Assembly: GCA_905234705.1 (NCBI GenBank)
Contig: CAJOIB010000010.1
Location: 6,616-70,615 of the forward strand
Reading direction: 5' to 3'
Source of the DNA: an uncultured Selenomonadaceae bacterium
Lineage (GTDB): Bacteria; Bacillota; Negativicutes; Selenomonadales; Selenomonadaceae
DNA length: 64,000 nt
Shown piece after piece: positions 8,306 to 16,296 of the stretch. Numbering within the stretch: the stretch's first letter is position 1; every line of letters begins with the position of its first letter. The translations under genes were made by a program, and so were the position numbers. A model generated the notes under the pieces. The model saw only the letters and a program-made list of their open reading frames with translations, was not told the DNA's origin and made no database searches.

Positions 8306-9835
8306 TCACCATTCCTTGAAATTCCGCCGCGTCGCTAATCCGGCTACCGCTATTAACAGCGCGAAAATTTCCAGCCGCCCCAATATCAACATTATCATAC
8401 AAAAAACTTTCCCGACATCTGACAGCCTTAAAAAATCTTCCACGCTGCAAATCCCTGGTAACGCCCCAACATTCGTCAAACACGCGACCGACATTGCAAC
8501 CGCTTCTGAAAATTTTGGTTCCATAAAACTCAAAACCGCCGAGCATATGAACAGCGTCAAGCACGTCAAAAAGAAAAAGCCCAATATTCGCCCGACGATT
8601 TTTGGCGGAACGGTGATTTTGTTTACGCGGATAACCGTTAACATTCGCGGGTGCATCGTTTTGGTTAATTCAGCCGCCGTGATTTTCAAAAGTACCAACA
8701 GCCGCACGATTTTAATCCCGCCCGTAACCGAGCCCATACAGCCGCCAAATATCGCCATTAAAAATATTAAAAATCTGTCAAAGTCCGTGGCTTGATTGAG
8801 CGTCTCTAAATGTATTCCGGTCGTACTCATAAACGAAACCACGTGAAAAAATGCGTAGCGAAAAGCCAAATTGCCGTCGGTGATAATGCCGCGCCGATAT
8901 GTGCTAAAACTTATGAACAGGACGCTCAGCAAAATTATTACCGATACCGTTTTGACTTCGGAATTGCTGAAGAATTTTTTGACGCCGCTGAAAATATTTT
9001 TTACAAGCTGTTTCAAGTAGATTATTCCACGGCGATAAAAATTTTCCTGTTGATTGGAAGTCGGCGGTGGAATTGTTACGATTAATCTGTGGTAGAAAAG
9101 CAAATTCCCGCACGCTAACAGCATTGTAAAAGCCGCCGCGTATTCTGCAAATAAATTTCCTCGCGCAGGGAAATAATTTCCGCCGCCCGTCGAAATACAC
9201 CGCATCGCCATTAACAGCGAATCCCAGCCGCCTAAGCCCGCCAATTTGAACAGCAAAAAACTTAACAACGTCAGCGCCGAATAAACTGTTATCACTCGCT
9301 GAGCAATTACCAGCATTTGTCCCAAAATCGGGCTGAAATTTTGTCCGCCGTGCAGGCTCAAACTCATTCCAAAACAGCCGCTGACTTCCGGCAAAACCGT
9401 TACCAGCATCACCAGAAAAATCAGCGAGCCGAACCACATTAACACGCTTTGCCACAATTTTAAAACGTACGGCGCACTTTCCGGCAACAGCGACAGTCCC
9501 GCCGAAGTTAAATCCGAAATTGTTTCCAGCATTGCCTCAATCGGCGTCAACCAGCCCGAATACCAAAATGGTAACGCCGCGAATACCGCAACTATCGGAT
9601 AAGCCAGCAGCATTGAAATTGCGGATTCTAACAGCGGCAGGCGACGCTTCGATTTTCGCCCCAAATGTTTGAAGAGCCGCTCTGTCGTCCATACGCAGAT
9701 TAAAATTATGCAAAAAAATGCCGCCACGTTTGAATTGCGCATAAATGCCGCCGCATAAATTATCGGCAACGCGAATGTGAATGCAAACGCCAACAGCACA
9801 TTTCCTTGAAGTTTTAATATTAATTTCTTATCCAT
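8306..9835 (-). CDS. trkH: TrkH/KtrB-family cation (K+) transporter
   Basis: 509-aa polytopic membrane protein. It has repeated M1-P-M2-like units and selectivity-filter-like segments (ISTGGGNY, MSTTGIHL, LTNVGALP). Confidence 0.75.
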   Translation of the reverse strand: MDKKLILKLQGNVLLAFAFTFALPIIYAAAFMRNSNVAAFFCIILICVWTTERLFKHLGRKSKRRLPLLESAISMLLAYPIVAVFAALPFWYSGWLTPIEAMLETISDLTSAGLSLLPESAPYVLKLWQSVLMWFGSLIFLVMLVTVLPEVSGCFGMSLSLHGGQNFSPILGQMLVIAQRVITVYSALTLLSFLLFKLAGLGGWDSLLMAMRCISTGGGNYFPARGNLFAEYAAAFTMLLACGNLLFYHRLIVTIPPPTSNQQENFYRRGIIYLKQLVKNIFSGVKKFFSNSEVKTVSVIILLSVLFISFSTYRRGIITDGNLAFRYAFFHVVSFMSTTGIHLETLNQATDFDRFLIFLMAIFGGCMGSVTGGIKIVRLLVLLKITAAELTKTMHPRMLTVIRVNKITVPPKIVGRILGFFFLTCLTLFICSAVLSFMEPKFSEAVAMSVACLTNVGALPGICSVEDFLRLSDVGKVFCMIMLILGRLEIFALLIAVAGLATRRNFKEW

Positions 9836-9892
9836 CGCGCAGGTATTTTACAATTTTTTTAGCATTATGTCTGCAGATTTTATTAAAGCGTG

Positions 9893-9920
9893 AAAAAACG
9901 TACGTTTAATCGCGTACGGG
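9893..9920 (-). terminator. Rho-independent terminator after the ORF at 9927-10376
   Basis: On the minus strand, CGTACG-CGATTAAA-CGTACG hairpin followed by T6. Confidence 0.6.
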
Positions 9921-9926
9921 TATTTT

Positions 9927-10376
9927 TTAGATCAAATAAATTTCCTCATAGGTTTTCAAAAGCGCGTCTAAAGTTTTGATGTAGCGCAAAACCATTTTGC
10001 CGGTATCTTCGTATTCGTAATCTTCATCAATGTAAGTTTTAAATATGTCTAAATCTTTCTCGACCGTCTCATAAAAAGTGTCCTTGATAAAATTGTACAA
10101 ATGCACTTGAATGAGATATTTAGTATTTGAATCCGAAATTTCATTAGCAATTTTTATAAAATGTCTTTCCGCGTCCATCATATTCAAAATATCATCGAGC
10201 GACCAATTCAGCAAATTTAAATCGTCCCAATCGCTGAAATTTTCTTCATCGTCATCATCGTTAATATCGTCCATCAATGAATCGATGTCATCAAATAATT
10301 TTTTGACAAAATCATAACGAAAATTAAAATAATCAATATCGAGCCAATCACTTTTCATATTTTTCACCAGTTTCAA
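9927..10376 (-). CDS. Hypothetical, extremely acidic cytoplasmic protein
   Basis: 149-aa ORF with Asp/Glu runs (DDINDDDDEENFSDWDD). No family recognised. Its 5' end overlaps the 3' end of the upstream GNAT gene, so the start is uncertain. Confidence 0.5.
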   Translation of the reverse strand: MKLVKNMKSDWLDIDYFNFRYDFVKKLFDDIDSLMDDINDDDDEENFSDWDDLNLLNWSLDDILNMMDAERHFIKIANEISDSNTKYLIQVHLYNFIKDTFYETVEKDLDIFKTYIDEDYEYEDTGKMVLRYIKTLDALLKTYEEIYLI

Positions 10377-10827
10377 GCGTCATGGCAATTTCGTCGCAGT
10401 TAGGGAATTTTTGACACTCAATGCAATCTGTCCAAATTTTGTGCGGTAAAGTTTCACGCGGCACGGTTATAAAACCCAGGCTTTGAAAAAATTTCGGCTG
10501 ATAGGTAAGCGTAAAAAATTTCTTAACACCAACTGCGAGCCCAACTTCAATTAAGCGCTTGACGATTTCGCCGCCGATACCTTGACGGTGAAAATCTTGG
10601 TGAACAGCCATTGAACGAATCTCGGCAAGTTCATTCCAAGTCGTGTGCAACGCGCCGCAGCCTACGATTTTGCCGCTGTCAATTTCCTCGGCAACAAAAA
10701 ATTCGCGCAGGATTTCATAAAGTACGTTGTGCGTTTTCGGGAGCATTAAGCCCTGCGTAGCGTAGCCGTTTATCAGATTAAAAATATCTTCAACGTCAGC
10801 GAAAGTGGCGGGTCTGTACTTAAACAA
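10348..10827 (-). CDS. GNAT N-acetyltransferase (amino-acid N-acetyltransferase/ArgA-like short form)
   Basis: Sequence ...GCGALHTTWNELAEIRSMAVHQDFHRQGIGGEIVKRL... contains the acetyl-CoA motif Q/RxxGxG. C-terminal segment is LPHKIWTDCIECQKFPNCDE. Confidence 0.75.
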   Translation of the reverse strand: MFKYRPATFADVEDIFNLINGYATQGLMLPKTHNVLYEILREFFVAEEIDSGKIVGCGALHTTWNELAEIRSMAVHQDFHRQGIGGEIVKRLIEVGLAVGVKKFFTLTYQPKFFQSLGFITVPRETLPHKIWTDCIECQKFPNCDEIAMTLETGEKYEK

Positions 10828-10886
10828 ATTTTCAACCTTCCTTGAATGTGTTATAATCTAAAAAAATTTAGGGGAGCTGATTTTTT

Positions 10887-11117
10887 ATGGCAGAATATTA
10901 TGAAGCGTGTCCGCGTTGCGGCAGGACTAATTTTGGCGAAATTTTACACTGCAAACGCTGCGGGACTGAATTTTGCACAGTTTGTATCGGCAAGCGCACT
11001 TTGCCCGACGGCACGAAATACGAATGTTGCCCGCGTTGCGGCGCTGAATACGACGAAGACGACGATACTATTTACGTTGTCGTTACCGAAAAGGAAAACG
11101 CGCGCAATAAGCGTTAA
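10887..11117 (+). CDS. Small double zinc-ribbon protein
   Basis: 76 aa with CPRCG...CKRCG...C..C...CCPRCG pairs. Preceded by an extended -10 (TGTTATAAT) and a GGGGAG RBS. Confidence 0.55.
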   Translation: MAEYYEACPRCGRTNFGEILHCKRCGTEFCTVCIGKRTLPDGTKYECCPRCGAEYDEDDDTIYVVVTEKENARNKR

Positions 11118-11737
11118 ACGTCAGCGGACGGGCAAATTTCATTGAGCGGGCAATCATAACATTTTGGACTGCGCGAAGTGCAAATTAATCTGCCGTGCCA
11201 AATGAGCCAATGATGCGAGTCCGACCATTTTTCCTTGGGAATAATTTTTTGCAAGCCGAGTTCGACTTCAAGCGGAGTTTCGCCCTCGGCTAATTTCATT
11301 CTATTGGCAAGTCTGAAAACGTGCGTATCAACGGCAATGGCGGGAATTTTAAACGCAACGCTGGCAATGACATTCGCAGTTTTCCGCCCGACGCCAGGAA
11401 GTTTTATCAGTTCGTCAAAATCAGCCGGAACTTCGCCGCCATATTCGCGCAGGAGCATTTCACTCGCGCCGATAATATGTTTAGCCTTCGAGCGAAAATA
11501 GCCGCACGGTCTGATAATTTCTTCCAATTTGCTTTGCCCAAGCGCAATAATTTTCTCGGGCGTATTGGCGATTGGAAATAATTCCTGCGTCACGATATTA
11601 ACGCGCTTATCCGTACATTGCGCCGATAAAATCACCGCTACAAGCAATTCAAAAGTCGAACCAAATTTTAATTCCGGAATTGCGCCTTTGTAAGTTTCTT
11701 CCAAAATTCGCAGTTCCTCAATCTTAAAATCTTCCAC
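11114..11737 (-). CDS. nth: Endonuclease III (DNA glycosylase/AP lyase)
   Basis: FELLVAVILSAQCTDKRVN..., the HhH-GPD segment LPGVGRKTANVI, and the C-terminal 4Fe-4S motif CTSRSPKCYDCPLNEIC. Confidence 0.9.
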   Translation of the reverse strand: MEDFKIEELRILEETYKGAIPELKFGSTFELLVAVILSAQCTDKRVNIVTQELFPIANTPEKIIALGQSKLEEIIRPCGYFRSKAKHIIGASEMLLREYGGEVPADFDELIKLPGVGRKTANVIASVAFKIPAIAVDTHVFRLANRMKLAEGETPLEVELGLQKIIPKEKWSDSHHWLIWHGRLICTSRSPKCYDCPLNEICPSADV

Positions 11738-11740
11738 AGC

Positions 11741-12187
11741 TCAGCCCTCGCGCGTAAAAACTAATTCCAAATATGGCAATTCTTTAAAACCAAGATTTTT
11801 ATAAACAGTCAGCGCCTTTGAATTGTCGTGCTCCGCCTCAAGCCGCAAAATCTTATCCGGATAAATCTCCTTGACGTACTGAAGAAATTTCGTACCTAAG
11901 CCGCGCCCGCGATATTCCTGCTCAATAAAAATATCTTCAATCCAAATGCATTCGCCGCCAAATTCGGTGGAATAACTTTTCGCAAGCATACCGTAGCCGA
12001 TAATTTTTTCCGCGTCAACAAAAACAAAGCCTTCAATAAACGCCGAGCCGCTTAAACAATTTTCAACATTCGCCGCGTAAATTTTTTCAGAGCCATTCGT
12101 TATCAGCGCGGGCGAATTGTAAAATCTGCGCATCATTCCTAAAACCGCGTCAGCATCTTCGCGCAGGATTTTTCTAATTTCAAACAT
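11741..12187 (-). CDS. GNAT family N-acetyltransferase
   Basis: 148 aa. IEDIFIEQEYRGRGLGTKFLQYV is the acetyl-CoA binding motif. Confidence 0.75.
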   Translation of the reverse strand: MFEIRKILREDADAVLGMMRRFYNSPALITNGSEKIYAANVENCLSGSAFIEGFVFVDAEKIIGYGMLAKSYSTEFGGECIWIEDIFIEQEYRGRGLGTKFLQYVKEIYPDKILRLEAEHDNSKALTVYKNLGFKELPYLELVFTREG

Positions 12188-12188
12188 T

Positions 12189-13550
12189 TTAATTCGTCAA
12201 ACTCCTAACCGGCGCAGGAATACGCCCGCCGCGCGCAATAAACGCTTCACTGCTCCAATTATTTCTAATGGGAACAATCGGACAATAGCCCAGCAAGCCG
12301 CCAAATTCAACCACATCGCCAACTTTAGCATTCGGCACGGGAATTATCCGAACAGCGGTAGTTTTATTATTGACAACGCCAATAGCCGCCTCGTCAGCAA
12401 TAATGCCGCTCAAAGTCGCCGCGCTGACATCGCCCGCAACCGCGATCATATCCAAACCAACGCTACATACACACGTCATAGCTTCAAGTTTCTCAATAGA
12501 CAGACTGCCGATATTCACGGCGTTAATCATACCTTCGTCTTCACTGACGGGAATAAACGCGCCGCTCAAACCGCCAACGTGCGAGCTAGCCATTAAGCCG
12601 CCTTTTTTAACAGCGTCATTTAACAAAGCAAGAGCCGCAGTCGTACCAGGCGCACCGCAAGCCTCTAAGCCCATTTCTTCCAAAATGCGCGCGACCGAAT
12701 CACCAACCGCCGGAGTCGGCGCAAGCGATAAATCCACAATTCCAAATTGAACACCCAAACGCCGCGACGCTTCCTGCGCGACAAGTTGACCAACGCGAGT
12801 AATTTTAAACGCAGTCTTTTTAATCGTCTCGGCAATTTCAGTAAAATTCGCGCCCTTCAAATCTTCCAGCGCGTGTTTGACAACGCCAGGACCGCTGACG
12901 CCCACATTGATAACAGTATCAGCTTCGCTCACGCCGTGAAACGCGCCCGCCATAAATGGATTGTCATTCGGCGCATTGGCAAAAATTACCAGCTTAGCAC
13001 AACCAATAGCCTGTTTGTCGCGCGTCAATTCAGCTGTGCGTTTCAAAATTTCGCCCATCTCGCGCACGCAGTCCATATTTATGCCCGCCTTAGTTGACGC
13101 CAAATTGACTGAGCCGCAAACTAAATCTGTCGTTGCTAATGCTTGCGGAATTGACTCAATCAAAATCCTGTCGCCGCGCGTGTAACCTTTCTCAACCAGC
13201 GCGCTGAATCCGCCAATAAAATTTACTCCAACTTCCTTAGCCGCCTTGTCAAGAGTTTCAGCAATCGGAACGTAGCTGTCAGTTTTGCAGGAATCCGCCG
13301 CAATGGCTATCGGCGTCACGGAAATTCGCTTGTTGATAATCGGCACGCCATATTCCGCTTCAATATCTTCGCCGGTTTTTACGAGAAATTCAGCAGTCTT
13401 TGTAATTTTATCATAAACATTCCGGCAAAATTCGTGAAGATTAGGGTGCGCGCAGTCTCTCAAAGAAATTCCCATTGTTATCGTCCGCACGTCTAATTTA
13501 TTTTCAGTTATCATTCGGTTTGTTTCAAGTATATCTTCAATCGTTATCAA
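12189..13550 (-). CDS. UPF0210 / DUF711 (PFL-like) family protein
   Basis: [27 protein letters not shown]...[11 protein letters not shown]...GGFSALV...VGLDMIAV. I chose the TTG at 13550 because GGGGG lies 7 nt upstream. The track ORF extends to 13727. Confidence 0.8.
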   Translation of the reverse strand: MITIEDILETNRMITENKLDVRTITMGISLRDCAHPNLHEFCRNVYDKITKTAEFLVKTGEDIEAEYGVPIINKRISVTPIAIAADSCKTDSYVPIAETLDKAAKEVGVNFIGGFSALVEKGYTRGDRILIESIPQALATTDLVCGSVNLASTKAGINMDCVREMGEILKRTAELTRDKQAIGCAKLVIFANAPNDNPFMAGAFHGVSEADTVINVGVSGPGVVKHALEDLKGANFTEIAETIKKTAFKITRVGQLVAQEASRRLGVQFGIVDLSLAPTPAVGDSVARILEEMGLEACGAPGTTAALALLNDAVKKGGLMASSHVGGLSGAFIPVSEDEGMINAVNIGSLSIEKLEAMTCVCSVGLDMIAVAGDVSAATLSGIIADEAAIGVVNNKTTAVRIIPVPNAKVGDVVEFGGLLGYCPIVPIRNNWSSEAFIARGGRIPAPVRSLTN

Positions 13551-13692
13551 AGTTTCAGCCCCCGTCAAAAATTTATCTTCAAATTCTATCAAAAAGTTAT
13601 TCAAAGTCAAGAAACATTTTAACTTGATTTTTGCGCGCGCGGTAATTAAAATATATGGAGTTTTTTTATAAATTGTCGAGGTGGTATTATTC

Positions 13693-14070
13693 ATGGGACA
13701 TCCTGTAACAACAAACCCGTTAATCATTATGCTGATTAATATGACGGTGGTATTCGTCGTGCTGGTTTCGCTAAGTGTATTGATTAATTTGATTCACATG
13801 GTAGATCCGACGAAACAGCCGGAAGTCAAAGAAGACGAAGGCGAAGCGGAAACAGCGGCGATAGTATCAAAATTGCAAGCCGCGCCAAAAGTTGAGCCCG
13901 AACCCGCGCCGGTTGTCGAAGAGGGCATACCGCCTGAAGTTATCGTTGCAATTTCGGCGGCTATTGCGTGTTGCGGAATTTCCGGCAATGTTCGCGCAGT
14001 GCGTGTTGTCAATAATAATAAATCCGCGTGGCGGCAAAATGCGCTCAACAGCGGCTTGACGAACGTTTAA
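13693..14070 (+). CDS. Na+-translocating decarboxylase small (gamma/delta, OadG-like) subunit
   Basis: N-terminal TM helix ([25 protein letters not shown]) followed by an Ala/Pro/Glu-rich linker. It sits directly upstream of the beta-subunit gene. Confidence 0.65.
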   Translation: MGHPVTTNPLIIMLINMTVVFVVLVSLSVLINLIHMVDPTKQPEVKEDEGEAETAAIVSKLQAAPKVEPEPAPVVEEGIPPEVIVAISAAIACCGISGNVRAVRVVNNNKSAWRQNALNSGLTNV

Positions 14071-14083
14071 GGAGGCGCGGCAG

Positions 14084-15217
14084 TTGGAATTTTTTAATGC
14101 ATTTTCGGTATCACTACAGGCAGTTTGGAATGACAGCGGCTTTTCGGCATTCACCGTCGGCAACGGAATTATGATTGTCGTTGGAATTTTACTTTTATAT
14201 ATGGCGTTCGTTAAAGAATTTGAGCCGCTACTTTTAGGACCAATCGCGTTTGGCTGCATACTGGCGAATTTCCCGAACACAGGATTTTTCGGCGAAGAAA
14301 TGAACGTTATGCAGGCTATTCGCTATGGTATAAACTATGAAATTTTCCCGCCGTTGATTTTCTTAGGTATCGGCGCAATGACAGATTTTGGACCATTGCT
14401 CGCGCGTCCTTCGACTTTACTTTTGGGTGCGGCGGCTCAAATCGGCGTTTTCGTTGCATTAGCCGGCGCAATGATTGTAGGTTTCGACATTAAAGAGGCA
14501 GCGGCTATCGGAATTATCGGCGGCGCTGACGGTCCTACTTCAATTTATCTGTCAATAAAATTAGCCCCGCACTTACTCGGCGCAATCGCAGTCGCGGCGT
14601 ATACTTATATGTCGCTCGTGCCGATGATTCAGCCGCCCATTATGAAGGCTTTAACTTCACAAAAAGAGCGCGAAATTGTTATGACTGAGCTCCGCACGGT
14701 TACGAAATTTGAGCGCGTAGTTTTCCCTGTGGTTGTAACGATTTTTATCAGCTTGCTCTTGCCGCCAATCGCCGCATTGCTCGGAATGTTAATGCTTGGA
14801 AATCTCCTGCGCGAAAGTGGCGTAACAGACAGACTTTCAGACACCGCGCAAAATTCGCTGTGCAATATCGTAACAATCTTTTTGGCAACAGGCACAGGTA
14901 TGACGATGAACGCGAAAGATTTTCTTGTGCCAGAAACTTTGTTGATAATCTGCTTGGGCTTAGTGGCGTTTATGGGCGGCACTGCTGGCGGCGTTATTTT
15001 CGGAAAAATTATGTGCAGAATGTCGGGCTGGAAAGTTAATCCGCTTATCGGTTCAGCTGGTGTTTCTGCTGTTCCAATGGCGGCGCGCGTCAGTCAAATC
15101 GTTGGTATGAAGTCTAAGCCTGGCAATTATCTTTTAATGCACGCAATGGGACCAAATGTCGCGGGCGTTATCGGGACGGCTGTTGCTGCCGGTACGATGC
15201 TTGCTATGCTCAAATAA
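14084..15217 (+). CDS. Na+-translocating decarboxylase beta subunit (OadB/MmdB/GcdB family)
   Basis: 377-aa polytopic protein: ...[19 protein letters not shown]...[12 protein letters not shown]...[14 protein letters not shown].... TTG start with an AAGGAGG RBS. Confidence 0.85.
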   Translation: MEFFNAFSVSLQAVWNDSGFSAFTVGNGIMIVVGILLLYMAFVKEFEPLLLGPIAFGCILANFPNTGFFGEEMNVMQAIRYGINYEIFPPLIFLGIGAMTDFGPLLARPSTLLLGAAAQIGVFVALAGAMIVGFDIKEAAAIGIIGGADGPTSIYLSIKLAPHLLGAIAVAAYTYMSLVPMIQPPIMKALTSQKEREIVMTELRTVTKFERVVFPVVVTIFISLLLPPIAALLGMLMLGNLLRESGVTDRLSDTAQNSLCNIVTIFLATGTGMTMNAKDFLVPETLLIICLGLVAFMGGTAGGVIFGKIMCRMSGWKVNPLIGSAGVSAVPMAARVSQIVGMKSKPGNYLLMHAMGPNVAGVIGTAVAAGTMLAMLK

Positions 15218-15292
15218 ATTCTAAAACTTTGAAGGATAAATATTCTTCGCGGCGAAATGTAATTTAGTTACAAAATTTGTGGGGGCGATTTA

Positions 15293-16217
15293 ATGGCGAA
15301 CGATAAAGCACGCCGAGGCGACGAAACTGCCGGCGATAAGAAGGGTATTCTGCTTGAAACCGGTACTAATGAATTTGAAATTGTCGAGTTCAGCATTGGC
15401 AAAGTTAATTACGGAATAAATGTTGCGAAAGTCCGTGAAGTCATTCAGCGCGCGCCGGTTACCGCAATGCCGCAGGCTCACCCGTACATTGACGGGCTTT
15501 TTACCCTGCGCGGCAAAGCTATTCCGCTGGTTAATCTTCCGCGCTGTTTGAATGTGGCGTCCGGCGAAGAAGCTAAAAATATTATCGTTACTGAAATTAA
15601 TAATTACGGCATTTTGGAAAGACATGGAACCCGCGCCCGAAGTCGGCGACCAATCGCGCGTTGTCGGTATTATTAAAATGAGCGACCGAATTGTCCTGTT
15701 GCTCGACTTTGAAACGATTATTGCGGAAATTAATCCGGAAATTAACGCGAAACTTACCACGGTTGAAGACGCCACTGAAGATACCCGTTCGATGCGCTCA
15801 AATATTCACGTGGTTGTTGCGGAAGATTCGGCTATGTTGCGCGATTTGCTTGTTACGACTTTGCACGATTCGGGCTACAGATTTGTTCGCGATTTCGGCA
15901 ACGGTATGGACGCTTGGGAATATCTGCGCACTCTCGCCAACAAAGATGGTCCTATTCATATGCACGTGGGTATCATTGTTTCTGACGTTGAAATGCCGAA
16001 AATGGACGGGCACAGACTTTTGAAACTCGTCCGCGATAACGACCGCCTGCATGAAGTTCCATTTGTACTGTTTTCTTCGTTGATTAGTGAAGAAATGCGC
16101 TTAAAGGGCGAATCACTTGGGGCGAGCGCGCAAATTTCTAAGCCGGAAATTAATCAGCTGATTGATATTCTCGACAAGCTGATTTTCGGAAAAACTTTGA
16201 AGCCGGTACAAGATTAA
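15293..16217 (+). pseudogene. cheV: Chemotaxis protein CheV (CheW domain + receiver), disrupted by an internal deletion and frameshift
   Basis: Frame 1 encodes the CheW-like N-terminus (...TGTNEFEIVEFSIGKVNYGINVAKVREVI...IIVTEINNYGI). Frame 3, from about 15612, encodes FWKDMEPAPE...VVGIIKMSDRIVLLLDFETIIAEINP plus a complete receiver domain (VVVAEDSAMLRD...VSDVEMPKMDG...SKP). About 13-14 codons are missing at the junction. Confidence 0.75.
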
Positions 16218-16244
16218 TTTCGACGAATATTTTAATCGATTGTG

Positions 16245-16279
16245 AAAATGCATTCGTGAAAACGAGTGCGTTTTTTTTT
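16245..16279 (+). terminator. Rho-independent terminator after cheV, abutting the RBS of the next operon
   Basis: GCATTCG-TGAAAA-CGAGTGC hairpin (one G.U pair) with an A-tract upstream and a T9 run at 16271-16279. The GGAGAGGGG RBS starts at 16280. Confidence 0.65.
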
Positions 16280-16296
16280 GGAGAGGGGCAACTTCT

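Noticed and set aside
15552-16217. The second cheV ORF as an independent single-domain response regulator with its own start at 15552.
   Set aside because: Its first ~20 codons are an out-of-frame read of CheW-domain DNA. Real homology begins at FWKDMEP, which is the continuation of the CheW domain. There is no RBS before 15552.
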